Below are positions 45,246-55,583 of a stretch of 61,906 nucleotides of DNA, one piece after another. The first letter of the stretch is position 1. Each line of letters begins with the position of its first letter. The translations under genes and the position numbers were made by a program. This stretch comes from a virus (Duplodnaviria > Caudoviricetes). Location: positions 1-61,906 of the IMG/VR virus record IMGVR_UViG_3300033994_001593, one strand, 5' to 3'. The notes under the pieces are model-generated. The model did not search any database and was not told the origin of the DNA. It saw only the letters and a program-made list of their open reading frames with translations.

Positions 45246-46959
45246 TTCGTCCTCCGGATTGAGGCCCCAAGTAGACATAGGAACCCTCTTCGCTTGTCAG
45301 CCGTTTTTTTCGCTGGGCCAGCCACCTCACCCACCACGGGTCTGGCTCGGTCGATCGCTGCGGGGGCCGGTGGTAATGGGGGCGGTATGCGCAGATGTAC
45401 TCCAAGCACTGACAAAGATGTACTTCACCCTTGGTGTTGGGCCTGTCGGTGACGATGGCCGCGCCGGCAACGTGATTGACCTGTTTCCGGTAACGCTTGA
45501 TCTCCCGCTCGAGGTCGGGAACGGCACCCTCCAAGACCCGCAGGATCGGGGTTCCGATCGGCCGGATGTGGAGTGAGTTTCGGGTGGACTCGCAGCGGGC
45601 AAGGATGTCATCGCAGCCGGCCAGGAACGACGCCCCGGTGATCTGGCTGCGGATGTTTCGTTTGACGAGCTGCTCGGTGTACTGCTCGACCGGGAGGCGG
45701 CCCGAGCCGATGTCGCGAAGCCGACCACCGTGGGCGTCGATGATGAAGGCGTGGAAATGCCACCCCCGCACCTTCTTCTCGAAGTTCTCCCCGAAGATCT
45801 GGGCGTTGCATTGCCGCATGTAGAGCTGGTCATAGACCAGCCAGAACTCCTCGGTGGGAGGCACTGCCACGAAGAGGCAGGCAGTCACGGCGTGGCCTGG
45901 GTCGATCACGGCATAGCGGCACCAATCGTAGGGGATCTGCCCATCCTTCAGCTCCTCCCGCTTCATCCCGTGGATCCGCATATCAAAATTGGGATAGACG
46001 AGAACGGAGTCGGTGATGAAGTCACCCTCGGCTCGCATTCGCAGCACATCCTCGCCGGCCGCAGCCCACCGCTCGATGCTCTTCTTTTTCTCCTCATCAT
46101 CGATATGGGGGTTGTCCAAAAACCGCAGCTTGAACTGCCGGATCGGAGACTCTTCGCCTAGAGCTTGCTCGCTGGCATCAGCTCGCTCCTTGAGATTCAA
46201 GAGAGCGTTATTCGTGGAGTGCGGCATGGCCGACCAGCAAAAGACACCCTTGCGATCCGCGAGTCGTGCCTGGGCCTCGGGGATGTGCCGCTCGTCGTTT
46301 AAGTCCTCGTCAACGTGTATGCGTGTGGCACTGTACCCTTGCGCAGGCTCGCCTTCACTACTGAAGAAGTGAATAACCCAGCCATTAGTAAGGGTGCATT
46401 GCTGCATGTAGTTCGCACTCTTCAGCACCCAACTCGAGGCTTTGATCATGCGAGGAGGGATTAGCGGCGGCGCCGGCCTCGCCTCGGCCTTGCGATGAGC
46501 ATCAGCGACGGGGTTGTATGCCCGCCACTCACCCGTCGCCTCGTCCTTGATGATCTTGAAAGCGCCTGGGCCGAAGAGGTACGGCACCACGACCAATCCG
46601 ATGTGTTTCCAATCGCGGCCGATGATGACGAGGATCCCGTCCTTCTTGGGATACTTGTTGTAGGGATCCTGCCCCGTCACAGCTCGAGCATCTTCCACGA
46701 ACGTGCAAAGCGACTTGCCAGAGCGATTGCCGCCGATGACGAGGACTTCACTCGCTCGGCACTTGTGGATCTCCTCCTGCTGCGGGTTCGCCTTGTAGAG
46801 GCGCAGGGCCTCTGTCCTCCGCTCTCGCAGCTCGCTTTGCAGCTCTTTGAGGCTTTCTCGCTGGTACTCCGAGATCGTCGGGATGCTCGGCACTTGGGGC
46901 GGATTCACCTTCGGGTGCTTCTTCCTCCGGTTCGGGGAGGGCTTCTGCGGGTCGGACAT
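45238..46959 (-). CDS. terL: Terminase large subunit
   Basis: Walker A GGNRSGKS, Walker B IHVDE, nuclease IDPG; AAGGGAGA RBS. Confidence 0.92.
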   Translation of the reverse strand: MSDPQKPSPNRRKKHPKVNPPQVPSIPTISEYQRESLKELQSELRERRTEALRLYKANPQQEEIHKCRASEVLVIGGNRSGKSLCTFVEDARAVTGQDPYNKYPKKDGILVIIGRDWKHIGLVVVPYLFGPGAFKIIKDEATGEWRAYNPVADAHRKAEARPAPPLIPPRMIKASSWVLKSANYMQQCTLTNGWVIHFFSSEGEPAQGYSATRIHVDEDLNDERHIPEAQARLADRKGVFCWSAMPHSTNNALLNLKERADASEQALGEESPIRQFKLRFLDNPHIDDEEKKKSIERWAAAGEDVLRMRAEGDFITDSVLVYPNFDMRIHGMKREELKDGQIPYDWCRYAVIDPGHAVTACLFVAVPPTEEFWLVYDQLYMRQCNAQIFGENFEKKVRGWHFHAFIIDAHGGRLRDIGSGRLPVEQYTEQLVKRNIRSQITGASFLAGCDDILARCESTRNSLHIRPIGTPILRVLEGAVPDLEREIKRYRKQVNHVAGAAIVTDRPNTKGEVHLCQCLEYICAYRPHYHRPPQRSTEPDPWWVRWLAQRKKRLTSEEGSYVYLGPQSGGRNE

Positions 46960-47464
46960 CGATGGTTCTCCCTTGGAAGGCAGACAGGGCCTGCTCAAAT
47001 CTCTTGTTCAGCTCTTCCTCCAGCTCCTCCTCTGTCCAGAGCGTGAGAGGCTTCTTGGCGCCGCCGGAATCGACGTTCTTTGTGACCATCCGGCAGATCG
47101 TCTCGAGCAGCCGGTTGCGGGCTGACGAGCCAGGAGCAGAGTCCCAGTACTGCTTGACCAGCACGGCCGCCATGCCGCCCGTGCCGCCGAAGTACTGGAA
47201 GATCCGCTCAATCACCTCGGCGGTGTGCGGGATGTTGGAGCCGCCCTTGGAGGCAGAGCGAAGGAACAGATCGACGCCCGCCTCTTCGATCGCCTTGAGC
47301 GTTTCCTCCCGCTTGAGGGCCGCCCGATCCTTGCTCTCCTTCCGCTGCCTCGCCCGACAGTGGAGGCACTCGGCCGTGAAGATCTCGAGATCCTTCCGCC
47401 AACGGAAGTGCTGCTTATCCAGCGGGAAGGTGTTGCCGCAGACGTTGCACGTTCGCTCTTCCAT
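46748..47464 (-). CDS. Putative terminase small subunit with N-terminal zinc finger
   Basis: CNVC...CLHC; directly upstream of TerL; ATG 6 nt after a -10 box. Confidence 0.6.
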   Translation of the reverse strand: MEERTCNVCGNTFPLDKQHFRWRKDLEIFTAECLHCRARQRKESKDRAALKREETLKAIEEAGVDLFLRSASKGGSNIPHTAEVIERIFQYFGGTGGMAAVLVKQYWDSAPGSSARNRLLETICRMVTKNVDSGGAKKPLTLWTEEELEEELNKRFEQALSAFQGRTIDVRPAEALPEPEEEAPEGESAPSAEHPDDLGVPARKPQRAAKRAARAEDRGPAPLQGEPAAGGDPQVPSE

Positions 47465-47470
47465 GACCGG

Positions 47471-47500
47471 ATGATAAGCGGGGCTTTGCACGGTATGTCA
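47471..47500 (-). promoter_or_regulatory. Putative late promoter
   Basis: TGACAT-N18-TATCAT; same architecture at 50421 and 56235. Confidence 0.65.
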
Positions 47501-47507
47501 TCAAACG

Positions 47508-47542
47508 AAGCCGGCCCGAAGGTTCACCCCTCGGGCCGGCTT
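47508..47542 (-). terminator. Terminator after capsid genes
   Basis: 12-bp stem AAGCCGGCCCGA/TCGGGCCGGCTT, then CGTTTG on - strand. Confidence 0.7.
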
Positions 47543-47567
47543 ACTGGTTCTTGATGACCTCCAGCGG

Positions 47568-48143
47568 TCAGATCTGGCTGCTGTGGAGGTTGACGCGGGT
47601 CAGGCCGACCGAGGCGGCACTGTTCGCACCAGCGATCTGCTGGCCGATGACCGTGCCGGTCGTGGCGGCGACCGCCGAGCCAGCCGTCGAAGAAGCCTGG
47701 ACGGCGGCACCGGCGTTGATCGCGGCGGCCGTCTGCTTCACCTGCGTCGGCCCCTTGACCACCAGCCAGACGATGTCGTTCTGCCGCAGTTCGCCGGTCA
47801 GGTACTCATCGAGGACGCCGACAGAAGCCCCGGCCGCATGGGTCGAGGTGGTCAGCTTGCTGGTGACCTCCGACAGGGGCTTGCCCGCGTCGAAGAGGTA
47901 CAGCTCGCCAGCCACCGTCGAACCGTCCGACACGCTGGCACCCTTGTAGCGGGCGGCCACGCAGTAGACGAGCCGGTTGCTGTACCGCTCACCCGTCGAG
48001 GGGTGAACGTCTTGAAAGACCTTGACCTGACCGACGATCTCGCCACCGGCCACCGGGAGGCCAGCCGGATCGGTTTCGATGGCCTCACCGCCCAGGAGCG
48101 TCGTGCCACGACGGAAACTCGGATCGCTGAAGATGCTCGACAT
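47568..48143 (-). CDS. Capsid decoration/cement-like protein
   Basis: Immediately after the MCP; Ala/Gly-rich; GGAG RBS. Confidence 0.65.
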   Translation of the reverse strand: MSSIFSDPSFRRGTTLLGGEAIETDPAGLPVAGGEIVGQVKVFQDVHPSTGERYSNRLVYCVAARYKGASVSDGSTVAGELYLFDAGKPLSEVTSKLTTSTHAAGASVGVLDEYLTGELRQNDIVWLVVKGPTQVKQTAAAINAGAAVQASSTAGSAVAATTGTVIGQQIAGANSAASVGLTRVNLHSSQI

Positions 48144-48167
48144 GACTTCGTTTTCTCCGGAGAGGGA

Positions 48168-49316
48168 TTAAGCAGCCGCCGTGACCGGGGCGAGGAGGAA
48201 GAAATTCCGCGGCGAACGGAAACGGAGGTTGCCGAGAGATGAACAGGCGTACCTATATGCCTGCGTCTCCTCGTCGAAGAAGGGGCCTTCAGCCACGAAG
48301 AGCTGATTCTCAAGGCACCGCAGCTCCATGTTGCCGATCGACAGACCGTAGCCGCGTCCTGCTGGACAAGCGTACTCCGAGCAGACCTCGACGCCGTCGA
48401 GCTGGGTGACATCGGTGAAGCCCATCGACTTCAGACCGTTCTCCTTGCTCACAGCGATCCGTTCCTTGTCAGCGAACGTGTTGAGAAACTGGATGTAGAG
48501 CTGACGGTCGAGAACGACCATGTCGATCTGCGACTCCTTCGTGTCGTTCCGCTTGCACTGGTGGATGCCCTCGCGGATCGCGAACACGCAGTTCGACCGC
48601 CAGTTGCGGTTGCCCTGCGGGTTGAACGAACTCGCGTTGTAGTTGATGACCACAGGCGCGTAGAAGTCGAGTTCGCTGTCAACCGGCACGTTCGGCCAGG
48701 TGCCGGTCGGAGCATTGATCCGACCACCACCGTAGAAGCCGAGACGAGTCGAAAGACCCGCATAATTGTCATCCGGATAGCCGTAGCGGTCGGCCGTGTT
48801 GCCGGTCGTGCGCTTCGTCGCGACACCCGACGCGCTCTCATCGATGGTGCCGTCGTAGTGAAGAAACGAGTCCATGCCGTGGAAGTCGTTCTCTGCGCCG
48901 GCCGCATTGCCGTCCTTGTACGGCTGATACGAAAGGTGCATCTCGAGCGACTCTTGCAGACGGCTCGCCATCTTGCCGGCGACATCGACCAGAGCCTGCT
49001 GGCCGCGGTTCTCGAGCAGCTCTCGGCGGTACACCGCGTCAGTACTCGTAAAGCCACGCCAGGGCAGCTCGGCGCGCTTCCACATGTTGACGCGCGAGAA
49101 CGTCCGCGGAGTGTCGCCCGTGTTCCCGGTGACCGGGGCGTTGCGAAAACGGATGTTCCAATCGAAACCTCGGCCCGATTGGTTCATCACGACGTTGCCC
49201 GACTGCTCGAGCATGGCGAAGATCTTGAACTTCCGGAACGTCGCCAGCTCTTCTTCCCGAAGGTGCTGTACAATTGTCGTTCCGATGACCCGCGCCCAAT
49301 CAGTGGGACTCGCCAT
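48168..49316 (-). CDS. Major capsid protein
   Basis: 382 aa between scaffold-like and decoration-like genes; strong codon bias. Confidence 0.8.
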   Translation of the reverse strand: MASPTDWARVIGTTIVQHLREEELATFRKFKIFAMLEQSGNVVMNQSGRGFDWNIRFRNAPVTGNTGDTPRTFSRVNMWKRAELPWRGFTSTDAVYRRELLENRGQQALVDVAGKMASRLQESLEMHLSYQPYKDGNAAGAENDFHGMDSFLHYDGTIDESASGVATKRTTGNTADRYGYPDDNYAGLSTRLGFYGGGRINAPTGTWPNVPVDSELDFYAPVVINYNASSFNPQGNRNWRSNCVFAIREGIHQCKRNDTKESQIDMVVLDRQLYIQFLNTFADKERIAVSKENGLKSMGFTDVTQLDGVEVCSEYACPAGRGYGLSIGNMELRCLENQLFVAEGPFFDEETQAYRYACSSLGNLRFRSPRNFFLLAPVTAAA

Positions 49317-49340
49317 GTCTCTGTTTCCTCGTTAGGAGTG

Positions 49341-50399
49341 TCAGGCCAGACCTTGCTCTTGCAGTTGTGCCGCAAGTTTTTCAGCAAAGGTCATCGGCTT
49401 GGATGGAACTCTCGCGTCGGTTGTTGCCGCAGTCCGCTGGCTCGCAGTTCGCATGGCCTGCTGTCGCAGGAATTCCATGTTCTTTTGAGCAGCGGCATTG
49501 GCAGGATTCACGGGCTGCTGCGGTGCAGGCCGGGGGGCCTGTGCCGCAAGCTGCTGAACCTGTTGCGATCTCTGCATGTTCGCGAGGAGTAAATCTCTCT
49601 CGACCATGCGAGTCGCATACTCCCAACGGGCTTTCGCCCCTTGGATGCCCAGCGACCGTGCGTCCTGTATGTATTTTTGGGCGAGCAGACCCTCCGCAGA
49701 TGCATTGCCATTTTGATCGTAGAGCCAATCTGCGTTCTGCTGCTCTAAAGAGGACACAAACTGCTCCTCTTGCATCCTCCCCAATCGCTCTTGGACGATG
49801 CTTTCTGCCCGCTCGACGGCGACTTTCTCGACCATCGGGCCGAGGGCAGCCTGCGGATCCTCGAGGAACCTCTGAGCGAAGTTGGCCTTGTAAGCCTGGT
49901 ACTCGGAGAGGGCGTGGCGGGCGTCGAGCGGGGCATCGGGCGAGATCATCTCGCGACCGTTCTCGTCGCGGGTGAGGTACTGCTTGTAGGCATCCCGCAC
50001 CTTGGGCGGATTCCACCAGGGGGATTCCTGCGGCTGCGGAGCCTGGGGCTGGGCCGCCGGCTGGGCCTGCTGCTGCCGCGACTGCATCCACTCCTGGAAC
50101 GGCTCCTTGTACTGGAGATATTCCGACGCGACCGGGATGATGCTCTGGTACTGCTGGAGGGCGTGGGTCGCGGACTGCTCACGCTGGAGGGCTTCGTATA
50201 GCCGGGAGGCTATGGCCCGATCGTCCGACCCCTGGAACTGCGGGAGCTGGCGGAATGCGCCCCAGACTTCTCCGGTTCCTGCGGAGGACGCCGATCCCTC
50301 TGACGGCGACGGCGACGAATCAACCTCTGGTGACGAGGTGGACTCGACTGCGGATTCTTCGGAGCCAATGTCGGAGATTTCTTCTTCGGCCATGTTCAT
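49341..50399 (-). CDS. Capsid scaffolding protein
   Basis: Acidic Ser-rich N-terminus, Gln-rich coiled coils, C-terminal MTFAEKL helix; directly upstream of MCP. Confidence 0.75.
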   Translation of the reverse strand: MNMAEEEISDIGSEESAVESTSSPEVDSSPSPSEGSASSAGTGEVWGAFRQLPQFQGSDDRAIASRLYEALQREQSATHALQQYQSIIPVASEYLQYKEPFQEWMQSRQQQAQPAAQPQAPQPQESPWWNPPKVRDAYKQYLTRDENGREMISPDAPLDARHALSEYQAYKANFAQRFLEDPQAALGPMVEKVAVERAESIVQERLGRMQEEQFVSSLEQQNADWLYDQNGNASAEGLLAQKYIQDARSLGIQGAKARWEYATRMVERDLLLANMQRSQQVQQLAAQAPRPAPQQPVNPANAAAQKNMEFLRQQAMRTASQRTAATTDARVPSKPMTFAEKLAAQLQEQGLA

Positions 50400-50420
50400 G
50401 CCCTCCTGGGGATGAGGCCG

Positions 50421-50450
50421 ATTCTGCGGGCAGTGGTGCGGGGTATGTCA
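50421..50450 (-). promoter_or_regulatory. Putative late promoter
   Basis: TGACAT-N18-CAGAAT upstream of the scaffold gene. Confidence 0.65.
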
Positions 50451-50457
50451 GCAGTTT

Positions 50458-53400
50458 TTATTGACCCTGAGACTTCCTCCAGCGACTGTACTCTCGCTCT
50501 TGGGGCGTCATGTTCCAATCCGTCATGCCGCTAAACCACTCATCCTGCCGCTGCTGCTCGGCCTCTTCACGCTTCTGGTCAAGGTTCGGATCGTCTGGCT
50601 GGACATCGCCCATGAAAGCGTTGTCTGCATACGGAGTGGTCATCGCTCGCCAGTAGTCCGACCCGAGGATGCCAGCAGTCACGCCTTGGTCTGTGACAAG
50701 GTCGGACGGGATGTCACCGAACTGAACCTTGGCGGCACTTGCCGCCCCCTTCCCCAGCCCCTTGCCTGCCTCCTTCAAGGCTCCGATCAGACTCTTGGAG
50801 GTGGCGGCGGCCCCCAGCCCTCGGGCGATGTTGGCCCCGGCGAACGGAACAGATGCGGCCACGGCGATGGGGCTATCGACCGACTTTCGCGGGAATTGGG
50901 CCAGCATCTCAAATGCCGGCGTTCCCCAAGTGCGAGGCGTCTTGTCGCCCGTCACCCGATCCCACGCCCCCTGGAACTGCGGATAGAACGAAGACTCATA
51001 GGACTCCCGCTTCTCGGCGTCGGCCCTGTTGAGGGCGATGTGCTGGCGAAACTCCTCGGGCGTCATCCCGTCCTTGATGACTTGCTGCGTCCGCTCGATG
51101 TGCTGGTCGCGATCTTGGGTCGTGTTCCACGGCTCCATCAAGGCTTGGTAGTGGGCCGACAGGCTCCACGGCTTTCCGCCCGTTGCCTTGGCCCATTCAC
51201 TGTCGCTGTCGAGCTGGCCGACCATGCCAATGGGATTGCGGTTCCATTCCGAAGCGAAGCGATACATCGGCATCGTCATCTGCCCCTGCCACGACGAGGT
51301 GTCGCCGCCGGCCTTCATCAGACCAGTGAGGGTGCGGGCGTCCCAATCGGAGTAGAGCGGTTTGCCGTCCGCGTCTCGGAACGCTGGTGGGCGGTCGGCT
51401 GGCTGGGAGGTAGCGGCCGACCAGAACTGATTCGCCCGCTTTGCTCGAGTGGAGATCGCATCACCACCAAGAAGCTCGTCGGCACCGGCTGCGCCTCCAC
51501 CCGAGAGGAAGTTTGTAGCCACTGACATGGAGTTGGCGTAGGACGGGGCGTGTTCACCGTCCTGCATCGTGCGGAGCAGCTCATAGCCCGCCTGGGCTTG
51601 GAAGTCTTCGGCGCTGCCTGGGGAGAGCATCCAATCGGCCTGGTCGCCGTACTGCTGCCGCCACTCCGCGAGCTGCTGCTCGCTGATCGGCTCGGCCTTG
51701 GCGTACTTGCCGCCGGGGGCGCTGGCCTTGAGCGATGCCATCATCCTGCCGATCGCCTGCTCGGCCACTTGGCTGACCTGTCCAGTGCTGCCCTCAAGCC
51801 GAGCCACGACCTCGCCCATCACCTTGGCTCTCCCTTCCTCTGGGAGCCGCGGGGCAAACACATCGAGGTACTCACCGACGAACTGTGCAGGCGTGATCCG
51901 AGCGTTTCCATCGCCATCTCCAGCAAAGAGTCCGCGCTGGCCGTCGCCAGCAAGCGAGCCGTCGTTCGCCGCGCCGACGCGGATGATCGGCTGGTTCATC
52001 ACATCGGCCACGTTCTGCCTGAACTGCTGGTGGTCGGGGGAAACATCGCCGGCCTGCTGCCGCTGCTGATGGGCCTCCCACTCTGCTGGACTGATTGCCA
52101 TTGAGAAGTCGAAGTCACCCAACACCGGCCTGACGAGATCCGCAGTGGTTCCGCCGCTGCCGGTGGGGAGCTGGCGGGATTCATTGACGCTCTGGGCCTG
52201 GCCCATGATCGGGGCCGCCATGAGGCCGGCGGGCATGTCGCGGAGGCTGGCCTGCATGTCGCGAACACCGTCCTCGGGGGATCGCGATCGAACCTTGGCG
52301 AGGTGGGCCTGACGCTGGTCGAAGGCGGCCTTGGCCTCTTGGATGAGGTCTGCGTCGGAAGCGTGGCTGGCCTTCTCTGTGTCTGGGCCGACACCACGCA
52401 GGGCAGCAGCAAGCTCGGCCTCCGTCTCGAAGTGTGGGCCGCCGGCAACATAGCTGCCGTAGATGTCTCGAATCTGCTCTTCGTAGTTCTTGGCGGCCCC
52501 CTCATAGTCGTTCGGTTCCATGTCATCATCAACGGAACCCTGCGGATCGTCATCCTCAAAATCCACGTTCCCGTCGCCATCGTCCATCTGCTCAAACTTG
52601 TTGTCCCAATCTTCAACGAGCTGCTCCCGCTGGGCGTCGAGCTTCTCGGCCGTCTTGAAATCGCCGCTTTCGTAGGCCGCGTCCACTTGCTTCGTGAGGC
52701 GGGCGATCTTCCGCTGCGTCTGCCACGGCATGGCAGCTCGGAGAACATCGTCGGACAGGGGGAGGCGCGGGGCGGCGTTTGCCTCCCTATTGCTCCCGGG
52801 AGCGATGCCGGTTGCGGTGCCGAGCGTGATCGCGGCCGGGATGCCCTTGGTGATGATGTTCTTTCGCATCTCGTCGGAGATGACGCCTCGCCAGCCGGAT
52901 GAAGTGGCTTCCTTTTGGGTCGCCGCGACCTTGTCTTGCAGGGCCTGCAACCGCTCCATCGACTGCCGCATCTGGCCGTATTGCTCAATATCTCCCATGA
53001 TCTGCGGAATCAACTGCCCCGCGCGTTCTCTGCCAATCAATGGCTCTAGACGGTCATACAGCTCTTTGCCGGATGCTCGCTCTGCAACAATGGAGCGGGG
53101 GGCGATTTCTTGCGGGTTCCTGAGCCTCGCCGCCGCGGTGTTTTGCAATGTATGGGCAATGCCCCAGAGTCTGTCCGAAACATCCTTTTGTCGCTGGCTG
53201 GCAGCGAGAGGGGCTTTGCTGTTGGGGGCCGTTGCCTCCCAGACCGTGCGATCAGTGCCGTCCACCTCCTTCATAATCCTGCGCTGGATGCTGTTCAGAA
53301 TTTCTTCTGAAGAGTCGTCTAAGTTCCGCAGGGCAACCTCTGCGCTACCCATCTCGCCGCGCATGTTCGGATCAAACCCTGCACCGCCTTCAAGTCCAAG

Positions 53401-54672
53401 TTGGCCGCGAAGCCTCCCCACCCTAGCCGCATCCAGCGGGCTAAACCCGTGCTGCTGCCGCCAGTTAGGGTCTTGCAGCGCCTCTCTGGCGGAATAGAAA
53501 TCCTCCGCGCCGGTGTTATCCCAGATTGTGCCACGATGTTCGGCATAGGCTAAGTATTGCCGAATCTCTTGCTTTGCTTCGACTGGAAGCGAAGAAGTAT
53601 CAAGGATACTTGGGTTGGCTTGGAGCATCTCCTCTGCAATATGAATGTCATCCGTGCCGGCGATGCCTAAAATCCGGTCTTCGAGCGCTGCGGCCTTTTC
53701 TTGGTTTTCTCTGGAATTCAAGCCAGAGTAGTCTGGTGTGCTTTGCTCTGGTGTGCTTTGCGCGAGTGCCTCATCGTAGATGGCATCGTTTCTCGGCCGG
53801 CTGGTAGATTCCCATCCGCCCAGCTTCTTGCCTTGCCGCTCCAGCAACTGCGGGATCATGTTGCCGTAGAATTTTTCTGATTTTTCTAACGGGAAGCCTA
53901 CGGCCCGAGAGATGTCCTCGGGGTATGCGACTTCTACTGCGCGGTAGCCACCGCGAGCCGCATCGAGCAACGCTGATTTCAGTTGCAGCTCTTGCCAGAA
54001 ATCGCGTGCTGCAAAAGGAATTGACGATGGGTCTGCCATGCGTTGCGATTGATTTTGAACATCTGATTGCAGCTCAACGATCCGCAAGGCATCGTCGTTG
54101 CGATCGGTTCGCAGATGGGCAACGACGTTCCCGCCGCGATTTCCCGTGAAGTGGTTGCGGAGTCTATCGTCCTGCCAATTCTTGTTGGATTCTGGAAACG
54201 GATCCAATGGCTGGGTGAGAAGTCGCTCGCGGTAGTCCGGCCCGCCAAGCCCATGCTGATCCCATTTTGGCTGGACGCTATAGCCGCTCTGGCCCTCGCC
54301 GCCTATTGCCACTGGCGATGGGGTGGCCCCACCTTCGCCCAAGATCACATTCTTGTGCGTGAACACTGGACTGTTCTCACGCACGGCGGCCAGCAGCTCG
54401 TCGCGAGTGACGGTCGTGCGTCCATCCACGACAGAGTCGAGATCCACGGCCTTCAGCTCCCAGCCGGGGATCCCGTCCTTGTACCGCTTGAGCAGGCCGG
54501 GGAGTTCCTGCACCCTGACGTTCTCGGGGAGTCCCTGCACGGCTCGCTCAAGGCGGGAGTAGATCCCAGGCCCAGGCTTGTACTCGAGGTAGCCGGCGAC
54601 GTTGTCGCCCTGCTTGAGGGTTCGGATGAGGTTTTCGCCAGCCTTGGCTGCGACCTTGGGATTCGGTGCCAT
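50458..54672 (-). CDS. Giant modular (polyvalent-type) virion/ejection protein
   Basis: 1404 aa from ATG 54672 (TAATG coupling); N-terminal domain with YRExLL, HF, AHLR, ELQSD motifs. Confidence 0.7.
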   Translation of the reverse strand: MAPNPKVAAKAGENLIRTLKQGDNVAGYLEYKPGPGIYSRLERAVQGLPENVRVQELPGLLKRYKDGIPGWELKAVDLDSVVDGRTTVTRDELLAAVRENSPVFTHKNVILGEGGATPSPVAIGGEGQSGYSVQPKWDQHGLGGPDYRERLLTQPLDPFPESNKNWQDDRLRNHFTGNRGGNVVAHLRTDRNDDALRIVELQSDVQNQSQRMADPSSIPFAARDFWQELQLKSALLDAARGGYRAVEVAYPEDISRAVGFPLEKSEKFYGNMIPQLLERQGKKLGGWESTSRPRNDAIYDEALAQSTPEQSTPDYSGLNSRENQEKAAALEDRILGIAGTDDIHIAEEMLQANPSILDTSSLPVEAKQEIRQYLAYAEHRGTIWDNTGAEDFYSAREALQDPNWRQQHGFSPLDAARVGRLRGQLGLEGGAGFDPNMRGEMGSAEVALRNLDDSSEEILNSIQRRIMKEVDGTDRTVWEATAPNSKAPLAASQRQKDVSDRLWGIAHTLQNTAAARLRNPQEIAPRSIVAERASGKELYDRLEPLIGRERAGQLIPQIMGDIEQYGQMRQSMERLQALQDKVAATQKEATSSGWRGVISDEMRKNIITKGIPAAITLGTATGIAPGSNREANAAPRLPLSDDVLRAAMPWQTQRKIARLTKQVDAAYESGDFKTAEKLDAQREQLVEDWDNKFEQMDDGDGNVDFEDDDPQGSVDDDMEPNDYEGAAKNYEEQIRDIYGSYVAGGPHFETEAELAAALRGVGPDTEKASHASDADLIQEAKAAFDQRQAHLAKVRSRSPEDGVRDMQASLRDMPAGLMAAPIMGQAQSVNESRQLPTGSGGTTADLVRPVLGDFDFSMAISPAEWEAHQQRQQAGDVSPDHQQFRQNVADVMNQPIIRVGAANDGSLAGDGQRGLFAGDGDGNARITPAQFVGEYLDVFAPRLPEEGRAKVMGEVVARLEGSTGQVSQVAEQAIGRMMASLKASAPGGKYAKAEPISEQQLAEWRQQYGDQADWMLSPGSAEDFQAQAGYELLRTMQDGEHAPSYANSMSVATNFLSGGGAAGADELLGGDAISTRAKRANQFWSAATSQPADRPPAFRDADGKPLYSDWDARTLTGLMKAGGDTSSWQGQMTMPMYRFASEWNRNPIGMVGQLDSDSEWAKATGGKPWSLSAHYQALMEPWNTTQDRDQHIERTQQVIKDGMTPEEFRQHIALNRADAEKRESYESSFYPQFQGAWDRVTGDKTPRTWGTPAFEMLAQFPRKSVDSPIAVAASVPFAGANIARGLGAAATSKSLIGALKEAGKGLGKGAASAAKVQFGDIPSDLVTDQGVTAGILGSDYWRAMTTPYADNAFMGDVQPDDPNLDQKREEAEQQRQDEWFSGMTDWNMTPQEREYSRWRKSQGQ

Positions 54673-55583
54673 TACTGCGTGAGTCCTTTGAGGATGTGGC
54701 TGACGGTTGGGACGCTCCACGAATTGCCGAGCGCCTTATATCGCTGGTAGTCGGACACGCCTTCGGTGTACCCCTGCGGGAAGCCGAACAGGCCCTCAAT
54801 CTCCTGCGGCGTCATCCTGCGGAATGAGCCGTCCTCCAGTTGCAGGGCGTTGTACGGGACTCCCTTGCGAATCACGCTCGGGATGGTGCGGGCCTTGGGG
54901 TCATTGATGTGGAAGCCGTGCTTCTCAAAGTGCGTTCGGCCGTCTGGCGCTTGTCGGTTGAGGTAGGCCACGCCCTTCGGGGAGATCTGGTACTTGTCGG
55001 GTACGGAGCTGAGCAGGGCATCGCGGAAAATCGCCTGCGACGGCGAGTACTCACCAACCGGGATGTTCGTCCAGAACGCCCGCGGCCTCGCCATCGCCCC
55101 GAAGTCCTTGGCGTCGAGAAACACCGGATCGACACCGAGAGCCTTGGAGATGACCTCAATGTTCTTGTCGCCCTTCGACCCTCGCGGCACCACGTTCTCA
55201 ACTAGGAAGTGCTTGGGCTGGAATTCGTCCAGCATCCGCGGCACCTCCCAGAACAGGCTCGACCGCTCACCATCCAGACCCTTGCCCGTGACGTTCGCCC
55301 TGGAGAGGTCTTGGCAGGGAAAGCCAGCACAGAGCAAATCTGCGGATCCATCCGCTCGAGACGCCGACCGCACGTCGCCCAGGTGCTGAATGTCGGGATA
55401 GTTCTTGGCTGCGATGGCGGCGGCCTTGGGGTCGTTTTCGTAGGCGATGTACGAACCAACCGGGATGCCAGCCCCATCCAAGGCGGCCCTGGCACCGGCA
55501 ATTCCATCAAACCCAGATACAACCTTGATCGGCCGCTGGGCGTTCTTGGCCGCCTTGGCAATGCTATTCGGATTCGGAGCCAT
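54672..55583 (-). CDS. DNA cytosine-5 methyltransferase
   Basis: FDGIAG, GFPCQD, ENV, RPR, ALGNS. Confidence 0.93.
   Translation of the reverse strand: MAPNPNSIAKAAKNAQRPIKVVSGFDGIAGARAALDGAGIPVGSYIAYENDPKAAAIAAKNYPDIQHLGDVRSASRADGSADLLCAGFPCQDLSRANVTGKGLDGERSSLFWEVPRMLDEFQPKHFLVENVVPRGSKGDKNIEVISKALGVDPVFLDAKDFGAMARPRAFWTNIPVGEYSPSQAIFRDALLSSVPDKYQISPKGVAYLNRQAPDGRTHFEKHGFHINDPKARTIPSVIRKGVPYNALQLEDGSFRRMTPQEIEGLFGFPQGYTEGVSDYQRYKALGNSWSVPTVSHILKGLTQ

Noticed and set aside
9806-47464. Long C-terminal overlaps (e.g. 14688/14920, 46748/46959, 11463/11584) as evidence of recoding
   Set aside because: The overlapping frame needs T at third codon positions to make a stop, which is rare at high GC3; all three stop codons are used normally
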